Source of the DNA: Thermoproteus tenax Kra 1
GTDB taxonomy: Archaea > Thermoproteota > Thermoprotei > Thermoproteales > Thermoproteaceae
Direction: 5' to 3'
Length of the DNA: 32,000 nucleotides
NCBI RefSeq assembly: GCF_000253055.1
Contig: NC_016070.1
Location: 1,530,001 to 1,562,000 of the forward strand
Made by a program: the position numbers and the translations under genes. The notes beneath the pieces are model-generated. The model was not told the DNA's origin. It searched no databases and saw only the letters and a program-made list of their open reading frames with translations. Positions 9,115 to 16,449 of the stretch are shown here, in pieces. The number at the start of each line of letters is the position of its first letter. The first letter of the stretch is position 1.

Positions 9115-10317
9115 CTAGTCGTGTGACTGCGCTTCGACAAGCCCAGCTGAAGCCAGAGCTCTCTTTATATAGGCTTGCCTATTCTTCTCGTAGTCATCGG
9201 CGCTGAACGATTGTATTTTTGCCAAGATCTTCGGCAACGATGTATACTCCATCTCTTCCGGCGGAAGGCGGTGCGGCTGGAAGGGTCCCATCCTTCTGAT
9301 ATAGTCCGTTATCATGGCGGCCAACTGGCGCGTGTAGTCGAAGGCTGGGTCGTCGAATAGGTCCACTGGGCCCTCCAAGTATCCATCGTGTAGTTGCCAG
9401 CCGAGCGCGCCTATCTTGGGCGGGCCGTCGAACCTGGTCATCCTGGCGCCGACCGCGATCCTCTTCTCTGCATCAATGGAGTAAAACTTCATGGGCATGA
9501 GGGGGCCCGCATGGCTTCCCCTCATCCAACCGTGAACTAAGTGGGGATAAGCGAAGGCCTCCAACACCTCGCCGACAGCCGGCATGCCGTGTTGAGCCCT
9601 CACTATGGCGACGGGGTCGTCCTTCCCCACGTACTTCCCGGCGATCAAGTTGAGCCTCTCGACGCTAACGGCGGCCGCAGGAGCGCCGTCAGATCTACGA
9701 TATACCCTCCTGACTATATATCTGCCCGTCGTGCCTATAAGGCCGAGGAGCGAGTATATATCCTCGGGCGCTTTCAAGAGGTATACTTTGTGCTCGTACA
9801 CGTCCAATACCTCATAGAGGAAGCCCTCGTGCATCGCGGGGTCTATCACAAGGCCGGCTGTATTGAACGGATCGGCGAACATCTTATACATAGGCAAGTT
9901 GAACGCGCCAGGCTCGGTCTTATCGGCCGCGAAAGTTATGACAGGCTCCGAGGGCCTCTCCTCTATCTCCATCTCGGCGACCTGGGGCCCCATGCCCCTT
10001 ATGTTCCCCGAGAAGGTGTCCTTCAAGAGGTCTTGGCCTGCGCCGTAGAGCTTGAACTTCTTTGCAATCTTCTCTGTGACCTCCTTGAAGGTCTCCCAAG
10101 CGAGGCCGTGTATCTCAGGGTGGTTCTCGCCCTTTGTATGCGTCATCAGGAGCGAGATGTCGTCCCCCACGTTGTAAACGAAATAATCTATTATGAGGCC
10201 CCTCCTCTGAGCCTCCCTTAGTCTCTCGGCGGCTAGCTCCAACATCTTGGGGTGGACCCAAGCGTGGCCTGGCCAACCCCCTATATCTGCCTTGATTATG
10301 CTTATAGTGGTTTTCAT
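9115..10317 (-). CDS. fbp: Fructose-1,6-bisphosphate aldolase/phosphatase (archaeal class V FBPase)
   Basis: The N-terminus MKTTISIIKADIGGWPGH is diagnostic. The length of about 400 aa fits the family. A TATA-like AATATTTTTATAG lies 19-31 nt upstream of the ATG. Confidence 0.95.
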   Translation of the reverse strand: MKTTISIIKADIGGWPGHAWVHPKMLELAAERLREAQRRGLIIDYFVYNVGDDISLLMTHTKGENHPEIHGLAWETFKEVTEKIAKKFKLYGAGQDLLKDTFSGNIRGMGPQVAEMEIEERPSEPVITFAADKTEPGAFNLPMYKMFADPFNTAGLVIDPAMHEGFLYEVLDVYEHKVYLLKAPEDIYSLLGLIGTTGRYIVRRVYRRSDGAPAAAVSVERLNLIAGKYVGKDDPVAIVRAQHGMPAVGEVLEAFAYPHLVHGWMRGSHAGPLMPMKFYSIDAEKRIAVGARMTRFDGPPKIGALGWQLHDGYLEGPVDLFDDPAFDYTRQLAAMITDYIRRMGPFQPHRLPPEEMEYTSLPKILAKIQSFSADDYEKNRQAYIKRALASAGLVEAQSHD

Positions 10318-10619
10318 GGCCCAGTCCAGCTAGGGCTATAAAAATATTCCGAGATATAATTAAAGTCTAATATGTTGATACTCACGAATTATAGATCCAA
10401 CAGTAGATTAAAGTCTGATAATACTATAAGCCCACTAGGTCTAATGCGATAATTCTCAATGAAATAATCAATCCTTATAAAATTACTTAGTTTATCATTT
10501 ATATATCACAAGAAACCTCTGGAAAAATCAATATATTTTTACTTAATTTTATTTAAACTAAATTTAATATTATTTTTTGTGTAATAAAAATTTTATATGA
10601 GATAAATATAAAGTGCGAT

Positions 10620-11096
10620 GTGGAGCTCGACCTAGTGGAGATCACGGGGCTCTTTGAGGAGATACGGCGTTTTTATTCTTACGTAAGCGACGAAAGTAGA
10701 TATATGCGTTTTCTGGCAGCTGTGAGGGATCCTGCTAGCGTATACAAGCATCTCTGGTCGTGCGGCGGCAGAAGCTTCTTGGTTCTTGAGGGGAGGCGGC
10801 CAGTCGCAATAGTCGACGTAACGCCGTGCGGCGAAGAGGCTGAGGCGGGCATCGTGGTGGCAGATGCACTGCAGGGGAGAGGCTACGGCACAAGGATAGC
10901 CGAGATATTCGCATCGTTGTTGCCTCGCCTCGGCTTTTGGCGAGTTAAGGCTGAGATATACAGAGAGAATATAAAGGCGTTGGCTCTGGCAAAGCGTATG
11001 GGAGCCGAGATCGACTGCTCCACTATAGTCTGTGTAGTGAGGTTGCAGCTAGCAACAAGATCCCGCGCTCAAGGCCCACTTTTAGCAGTTATCTGA
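10620..11096 (+). CDS. Small GNAT-family acetyltransferase (Pat-like domain?)
   Basis: An acetyl-CoA binding motif Q-x-x-G-x-G (LQGRGYGTRIAE) is followed by a beta-strand/helix pattern (RVKAEIYRENIKALALAKRMG). The gene uses a GTG start after a 300 bp AT-rich spacer. Substrate is unknown. Confidence 0.6.
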   Translation: MELDLVEITGLFEEIRRFYSYVSDESRYMRFLAAVRDPASVYKHLWSCGGRSFLVLEGRRPVAIVDVTPCGEEAEAGIVVADALQGRGYGTRIAEIFASLLPRLGFWRVKAEIYRENIKALALAKRMGAEIDCSTIVCVVRLQLATRSRAQGPLLAVI

Positions 11097-11697
11097 ACAG
11101 CTCGCCGACCTCTCTAACGATCTCTGGTATCCTCTCTCTGGCCCTCTGCCGGGCCTCCTCATAGTAGTTATAGCCGGTTGGGTCTATCATAACGGTCAAC
11201 GGCCCGAAATCCTCTACCTCTAACACCCACATAGCCTCCGCCATGCCTAAATCGAGCCAGTGGACGTCCACTACTCTCCTGATGGCTTGTGCAGCGAGCA
11301 CTCCGGCGCCGCCGGTGAAGATGGCATAGGCGGCTTTATACTTCTTCATGGCCTCGGCAGTCCTCTTGCCCATGCCGCCCTTTCCCACTATGAGCTTGAC
11401 GCCCAGCCTCTCTATGACCTCGGCCTCAAACGCCTCCATTCTGGCCGAGGTCGTGGGCCCCATTGCTATGATCCTCCAACGGTCCTCCTCTTTCTTGGCC
11501 ACGGGCCCAGCATGATAGATGACGCCGCCTCTGAGATCGACAGGTAGCTGTTTGCCCTCTCTTAGGTGCTCCAACATTCTGGCGTGCGCGGCGTCTCTGG
11601 CGCTCACTATAACGCCAGATATATAGAGCGTATCTCCGACGCGGAGCCTCCCAACGTCGTCGTCGGAAAGTGGAGTCCTCAGTCTGTATGTAGCCAT
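11089..11697 (-). CDS. Class I (Fe-S) fumarate hydratase / hydro-lyase, beta subunit
   Basis: L.VGD.LYISG.I...RDAAH.R, GGVIYHAGP, MGPTTSARME and GKGGMG are typical of the Fe-S hydro-lyase C-terminal domain. Confidence 0.85.
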   Translation of the reverse strand: MATYRLRTPLSDDDVGRLRVGDTLYISGVIVSARDAAHARMLEHLREGKQLPVDLRGGVIYHAGPVAKKEEDRWRIIAMGPTTSARMEAFEAEVIERLGVKLIVGKGGMGKRTAEAMKKYKAAYAIFTGGAGVLAAQAIRRVVDVHWLDLGMAEAMWVLEVEDFGPLTVMIDPTGYNYYEEARQRARERIPEIVREVGELFR

Positions 11698-11804
11698 GGC
11701 TCAACTCCGTGTCTATAATTTTACGTTTTATTATCGTTTGAAGACGAAAAGAGGACAGACTCGCGGCGCCCACAATATTTTTCTATATACAACACATTTG
11801 ATCT

Positions 11805-12674
11805 ATGAACTTAGAGGAGGTCGTCATGAGGGCGGCCAAGGAGGCTATAACTAGGGCCAGCATATCGCCCGCCTTCGACGTCGTATCTGCGCTGAGGCGG
11901 GCGCGCGAGGTCGAGTCGTCTGAGGCGGCGAGGGTCCAGATAGGGGCCATCCTCAAGAATGTGGAGCTGGCCGCGTCTTCAACCGCCGCCGTGTGTCAAG
12001 ACACCGGCGTCCCCACGTTTTTCGTCAAGTTGGGAGACGGCTTCCCTATCAGGAGCAAGGTGCTGGCGATATTGACCGAGGCCGTCAGACAGGTGACCAA
12101 GGAGCTCCCGCTACGCCCCAATACGACGGATCCGTTCACCGAGAGGAACCCGGGCGACAATACGGGGGTCGGCGTCCCAGTCTTCGACGTCGAGCTCTTC
12201 GACGGCGACTATCTCCAGTTCACCTATGTGCCCAAGGGCGGCGGATCGGAGCTCCCCGGCAAGGCGATGGTTCTACCTCCCGGCACAGCCCTCAGAGATC
12301 TGCCCAAGATAGTGTTGGAGGCGGTCGTTGACGCTGGGCCAATGCCCTGTCCTCCAGTCATAGTGGGAATAGGCATAGGCCCCACCCTAGACGCCGCGGC
12401 TAAGTTGGCCAAAAAAGCTGCCACACTGAGGCCCGTCGGCTCGCGGAACCAGAACCCCGAGGTTGCCAAGATGGAGGAGGCCCTTCTGAGGGCCATAAAC
12501 AAGCTGGGCCTCGGAGCTCACGGAGTTGGAGGAGATGTGACTGCACTTGATGTACATATAGAGTACGCCTATAGGCATCCGGCCACCTTCGCGTTGGCCG
12601 TTATGTTCAGTTGTTGGGCCACTAGAAGGGCCACGGCGACGGTCTGGCCCGACGGGAGGTACCAAGTCGCCTAG
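11805..12674 (+). CDS. Class I (Fe-S) fumarate hydratase / hydro-lyase, alpha subunit
   Basis: The motif CQDTGVPTFFVKLG, the stretch NTGVGVP, KGGGSE, and a length of 289 aa fit the alpha subunit. It is transcribed divergently from the beta subunit gene. Confidence 0.85.
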   Translation: MNLEEVVMRAAKEAITRASISPAFDVVSALRRAREVESSEAARVQIGAILKNVELAASSTAAVCQDTGVPTFFVKLGDGFPIRSKVLAILTEAVRQVTKELPLRPNTTDPFTERNPGDNTGVGVPVFDVELFDGDYLQFTYVPKGGGSELPGKAMVLPPGTALRDLPKIVLEAVVDAGPMPCPPVIVGIGIGPTLDAAAKLAKKAATLRPVGSRNQNPEVAKMEEALLRAINKLGLGAHGVGGDVTALDVHIEYAYRHPATFALAVMFSCWATRRATATVWPDGRYQVA

Positions 12675-12859
12675 CCTCTCCTCTTGTAGTACATCTCCAG
12701 CCACCTCCTGGCCGTCCCTTGGAAGTACTGCTCCAGTGCTGCCCTTATGGCCTCGCTTCTATCTATGAATATGCCCTTGGTTACCAGCAGGTCCACCTTA
12801 CGCACAGTGTTCTCGCTCAATTTTACAGAAATCAATATGAGCCTCCTTTTATTTTCCAT
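12671..12859 (-). CDS. Ribbon-helix-helix (CopG/NikR-N-like) DNA-binding protein, 62 aa
   Basis: LILISVKLSENTVRKVDLLVTKGIFIDRSEAIRAALEQY shows the RHH pattern of beta-strand, helix, SRSE-type turn and helix. I chose the ATG at 12859, because the longer track ORF starting at 12916 would overlap the 3' end of the upstream MoaD-like gene. Confidence 0.6.
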   Translation of the reverse strand: MENKRRLILISVKLSENTVRKVDLLVTKGIFIDRSEAIRAALEQYFQGTARRWLEMYYKRRG

Positions 12860-12893
12860 ATGAATTCTCTTTGGTTTTATTTTAATACTTCCG

Positions 12894-13196
12894 TTAGTCT
12901 CCCCTATAACTAACACAACCCCCTCCGACGGGAGGCATGAAGACCACCTCGTCGTTATCCTTCAGCCGTGTGTCGAGACCGGCCAAATAATCGATGGCCC
13001 TCCCGTTAACTAAGATGTTGTATTCGTCCTTCAGTTTGTCGCCGTCTAGGATCTCCTTCGATAGCCTCCCATTGTGCTTTCTGTCTATGGCCCTTATGAG
13101 GTCTCTCACGGTCGCCCCCTCGGGGACCTCAACAACATCCCTCATTGTGCCCATCAAGTCAAACAGAGTGGCTAGATACCTCACCCTAATATTCAT
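12894..13196 (-). CDS. MoaD/ThiS-family beta-grasp (ubiquitin-like sulfur carrier) protein with a C-terminal extension after GGG
   Basis: About 100 aa, with ...ILVNGRAIDYLAGLDTRLKDNDEVVFMPPVGGG followed by CVSYRGD and a stop. It is paralogous to ORF 15120..15404. A TATA-like TTTTTAAAAA lies 17-27 nt upstream of its ATG, inside the 27 nt gap after the AOR stop. Confidence 0.7.
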   Translation of the reverse strand: MNIRVRYLATLFDLMGTMRDVVEVPEGATVRDLIRAIDRKHNGRLSKEILDGDKLKDEYNILVNGRAIDYLAGLDTRLKDNDEVVFMPPVGGGCVSYRGD

Positions 13197-13223
13197 AGGA
13201 AAAAGAGAACTTGTTTTTAAAAA

Positions 13224-15068
13224 TTAGAGTAAGTACTGGAACTCCTCCAGACCCAACCTCTTCAGAGTATCGTAGGTGGGCTTGCCGTCTACCCAGCCTC
13301 TCAGCTTGTAGTAGATCTTTATGCCCTCGTCGAACATCTTAGCGGCTGTGTGACCCTTGGCGGGGCCCGTCGGTATGGGGTTTCTGAAGTGCGGGTTGAG
13401 CTCGTCCTTAACCCACTTGCCCTCCTTGACGTGGAACAGCCTCTCGACGTTGAATATACGCTCTCCTATCGTCAGCATGTCCTCTGGAGTGACGTCCCAG
13501 TCGTAGGCCAGATTGAAGAGATAGGCCAAGTCCTTCTCAAAGATGCCCTCTCTGTCCAACGTGGCGAACTTGCAGTAGGTGACCGAGTCAGTCAACGCCA
13601 TTAAGTGTTGGGCATAGATAACTATCCTTGCTTGTTTTTCGATACACTCTGGCGTCTCACATAAGGGGTCCACCTTCTCGGGGACTCCCAAGACCTCCCA
13701 AGTGGGCGAGTATGCCTCTAAGTGGTCGCCCCCTCTGTTGGCGGTGAAATAGCTCAATGCGAAGCCCTTGAGGGATCTAGGGTCGTACGCGGGTAGGCCT
13801 TGGCCGCGGGATCCGCGGAAGACGCGCGGTTCGCCGTATTTGAGCGCCAGTCTGTAGTCGCCCTCAGCCAAGTCGTCCCCTATATCGCTTCTGTTGGCCA
13901 TCCTTATCACTAAATCTACTAAGGCGCCTGCATCGCCCCAGTCGATGTTCACCGGCAATTTGCCCATCTTTGCGAGCTCTAGGGCGGCCGCCAGCGTGTT
14001 GCCCAACGATATTGTGTCGAAGCCCAGCTCGTTGGCCAACTTCTGCAGTCTGAGGTCGGCCTCTGGGTCGAAGAGCCCTATATTGGCCCCCAGAGACCAA
14101 GTGTTTTCGTATTCGTACTTGGCCTTGCCTATGAACTTGAAGGGCCCTCCCTTGACCATCACATGTTGCGTGCAACCGATTGGGCACATCATACAGGCGT
14201 GCGTCTCAACAACGTAGTTCTTCTTGATGTACTCGCCCGTCAGCTTGTCTGCCTCCTCGGCATACGCCGTCTCGAAGTTCCTCGTGGGATACGCGCCTAT
14301 AGAGTTTATGACGGCCGTAAGCAAGTTCGTCCCGTAGATGTGAAGCGCCTTGGCGGTGGGCCCCGACATAAGGCGCTGAGCCAGCTTTGTCGACTCGGCT
14401 ATGAACTTAGCGCGGTCCTTGACGTCTTTCAACAAGTCCCTCGTCCCCCAGACCAATATACCTTTCAATTTCTTCGATCCCATGACGGCTCCGACTCCCC
14501 CGCGCCCAGCAAAGCGCTCGTAGTCGGACATCCTTATGCCGGCTATTCTTGACAGATTCTCGCCGGCCGGCCCAATGACGGCTACGCCCGCCGCCTTCTC
14601 CTCCTCAGGGAACCCGTTCTCCCTCAGAATGGCTTTGACGGCGGCGCCGGTCCATCTGCCCCAGAGGTGTCTTGCAGGCTTGATTGCGACGTCGCCGTCC
14701 TTGACTACGACGTAGACCGGCTCCTCCGAGGACCCCTCGATTATCAAGCCATCGTACCCCGACTTCCTCAGCCAGTAGGCGAAATTACCGCCCGCGTTGG
14801 CATGTGTCAACGAGCCTGTCAGAGGCGACTTAGTAACCACGGTGACGCGGCTCGTGGAGAGATTCGCCATTGCGGACAGCGGGCCGGCGAAGATGTACAG
14901 CCTGTTGCTCGGCGAGAATGGGTCTATGCCTCTAGGTATCTCCTTTAGCGCCAAGTAGGAGCCGAGCCCTCTGCCCCCCAAGAACTTCTTGAGCACATCG
15001 TCCTTGTAGACCTCCTCAGTGACCTTCTCGGTGCTCAAGTCTATCCTCGCAACCCTGAATATAGCCAT
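13224..15068 (-). CDS. aor: Aldehyde:ferredoxin oxidoreductase family (tungstopterin enzyme), 614 aa
   Basis: N-terminus ...RIDLSTEKVTEEVY.D..LKKFLGGRGLGSYL, the Fe-S ligand region (HACMMCPIGC), and AOR-like size. AOR versus another family member (such as FOR) cannot be settled by eye. Confidence 0.88.
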   Translation of the reverse strand: MAIFRVARIDLSTEKVTEEVYKDDVLKKFLGGRGLGSYLALKEIPRGIDPFSPSNRLYIFAGPLSAMANLSTSRVTVVTKSPLTGSLTHANAGGNFAYWLRKSGYDGLIIEGSSEEPVYVVVKDGDVAIKPARHLWGRWTGAAVKAILRENGFPEEEKAAGVAVIGPAGENLSRIAGIRMSDYERFAGRGGVGAVMGSKKLKGILVWGTRDLLKDVKDRAKFIAESTKLAQRLMSGPTAKALHIYGTNLLTAVINSIGAYPTRNFETAYAEEADKLTGEYIKKNYVVETHACMMCPIGCTQHVMVKGGPFKFIGKAKYEYENTWSLGANIGLFDPEADLRLQKLANELGFDTISLGNTLAAALELAKMGKLPVNIDWGDAGALVDLVIRMANRSDIGDDLAEGDYRLALKYGEPRVFRGSRGQGLPAYDPRSLKGFALSYFTANRGGDHLEAYSPTWEVLGVPEKVDPLCETPECIEKQARIVIYAQHLMALTDSVTYCKFATLDREGIFEKDLAYLFNLAYDWDVTPEDMLTIGERIFNVERLFHVKEGKWVKDELNPHFRNPIPTGPAKGHTAAKMFDEGIKIYYKLRGWVDGKPTYDTLKRLGLEEFQYLL

Positions 15069-15119
15069 AAGGTATCTCTTTTTTCACATTTATTAATTTA
15101 CTTATCCAAAAGTTGATAT

Positions 15120-15404
15120 TTAACCGCCGAAAGGTGAAACTATAATTATCAAATCGTTATCCTTAATTTTTGTTTTTAGCCCTTCCAAAAAATCTATTGA
15201 TCTCCCGTTCACTAAAATATCATGCATATCGATAATTTTATTATTTTTTATTATTTTATTTTTGAAGCCTTTATACAAACTATCAATTTTATCTATAACA
15301 TCTTCTACAGTGGAGCCCTCGGGCAGCTCTAGCTCTAGGCGTATCTGATCCACAGAGTCTAGGCCGAAGTAGAGCGGCGCCATTATTCTTACCTTGACTC
15401 TCAC
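15120..15404 (-). CDS. MoaD/ThiS-family beta-grasp protein ending in a free ...SPFGG terminus
   Basis: 94 aa with a GTG start (MRVKVRI aligns with NIRVRY of the paralog). It shares PEG.TV.D.I..ID, ILVNGR.ID.L.GL.T..KDND and a terminal GG with ORF 12894..13196. The 3' two-thirds of the gene is very AT-rich. Confidence 0.7.
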   Translation of the reverse strand: MRVKVRIMAPLYFGLDSVDQIRLELELPEGSTVEDVIDKIDSLYKGFKNKIIKNNKIIDMHDILVNGRSIDFLEGLKTKIKDNDLIIIVSPFGG

Positions 15405-15444
15405 GACAATCCCTAAGTTTAATAATAATTATGTCCTGCCAAAT
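15405..15444. promoter_or_regulatory. 40 bp bidirectional promoter region between the MoaD-like gene and the KARI-like gene
   Basis: A single AT-rich block TAAGTTTAATAATAATTAT sits 15-31 nt from both start codons (GTG 15404 on the minus strand, ATG 15445 on the plus strand). Confidence 0.5.
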
Positions 15445-16449
15445 ATGGTCAAGGTGTTCAGCTCAGGATCGCTGGAGCACTTGGCAGATAAATCAATAGC
15501 TGTAATAGGCTACGGCAACGTGGGGAGGTCGCTGGCGCTCAACTTCAGAGATTCTGGTCTCAACGTGGTTGTGGGCGATCTTCTCGGCAATGAATATTCG
15601 AAGAGGGCAAAGGCGGACGGATTCGAGCCGAGGCCTATACCTGAGGCCGCCGAGCTGGGCGACGTCGTAGTGCTGGCATTGCCCGACGATGTAACGCCGG
15701 AGGTGTTCAAGGCCGAGGTGGTGCCCGGCCTCCATGCCGGCAAGACGCTGATTCTTACGAGCGGCATGCCGACGGCCTACGGCTTGATACCGGTGCCCGG
15801 CGATGTAGACACGGCGTTGTTCGTCCCCAAGGTGCCCGGCGTTGTCATCAGAGACAGATATCTAGAGGGGAAGGGCTATGCCGCAGTGGTGGGAGTCGTA
15901 CAGGACGCGTCGGGCAACGCTCTCAATACGGCGTTGGCCATCGCAGCGGCAGCCGGCACATTTAGGCAGGGGGGCTTCGCCTTAGAGGCCTCTGCGGAGC
16001 AGGAGGCGTTGGCCGACCTAATCGGTGAGCAGGTGCTCAAGGCGGCCCTATTGGCCGCGATGGAGGTCGCCTTCACCGCAATGACGAAGGCAGGCGTGCC
16101 GCCAGAGTTGGCGGCGCTTGAGCTATACGCCTCGGGCGAGCTCGGCGAGTTGGCCAGACTCATGGCTCTGATGGGTCCCTACGGAGCTCTGAAGCTCCAG
16201 TCGCCCGTCGACGCCTACGGCCAATTGACGAGGTTGCGCGAATATGTGAGAGCTATGGAGCCTATAGCGGAGAGTATAGTCGATGAGCTGAGGACGGGCG
16301 AGTTCATAAGAGATCTATACCTCGAGAGGGCGACTGGCTACATCAAGCTGAACTCCATGTGGAGAGCCTCTGTGACGGGCGAGCTGGCTAGGGCCGACTC
16401 GAGGCTTAGAAGCCTACACCAGAGCTCCGTTGGCCCTCCGCGCGTTTAA
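15445..16449 (+). CDS. Ketol-acid reductoisomerase-like (class I KARI fold) divergent paralog
   Basis: A Rossmann motif IAVIGYGNVGRS..LN.RDSGLNVVVG is present. The rest is collinear with IlvC (VPKVPG..R..Y, VQDASGNA, DLIGEQ, SPVDAYG), but several canonical motifs are altered (HGF to SGM, ETDLFGEQ to ALADLIGEQ, HELK to GELG). I prefer the ATG at 15445 over the TTG at 15394 in the track, which overlaps the neighbouring gene. Confidence 0.7.
   Translation: MVKVFSSGSLEHLADKSIAVIGYGNVGRSLALNFRDSGLNVVVGDLLGNEYSKRAKADGFEPRPIPEAAELGDVVVLALPDDVTPEVFKAEVVPGLHAGKTLILTSGMPTAYGLIPVPGDVDTALFVPKVPGVVIRDRYLEGKGYAAVVGVVQDASGNALNTALAIAAAAGTFRQGGFALEASAEQEALADLIGEQVLKAALLAAMEVAFTAMTKAGVPPELAALELYASGELGELARLMALMGPYGALKLQSPVDAYGQLTRLREYVRAMEPIAESIVDELRTGEFIRDLYLERATGYIKLNSMWRASVTGELARADSRLRSLHQSSVGPPRV

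Noticed and set aside
9541-10221. A 226 aa plus-strand ORF, and other long antisense ORFs (for example 21354..21938, 22218..22739, 26889..27386, 29646..30062, 5339..5713, 13894..14552, 15876..16163, 18583..18966 and 19636..20013).
   Set aside because: All lie antisense or out of frame inside genes with strong family signatures. They are Arg/Pro/Gly/Ser-rich, low-complexity products typical of open frames in GC-rich DNA, and they have no TATA box at the right distance.
12860-12916. Longer N-terminal extensions offered by the ORF track (12916 for the RHH gene, 2023 for tyrS, 15394 for the KARI-like gene, 17737 for the membrane protein, 23961 for the permease and 25391 for the SBP).
   Set aside because: Each extension overlaps the neighbouring gene or translates spacer DNA. 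In each case an internal ATG has a TATA-like box 15-30 nt upstream, matching the leaderless pattern seen for the other genes in the window.
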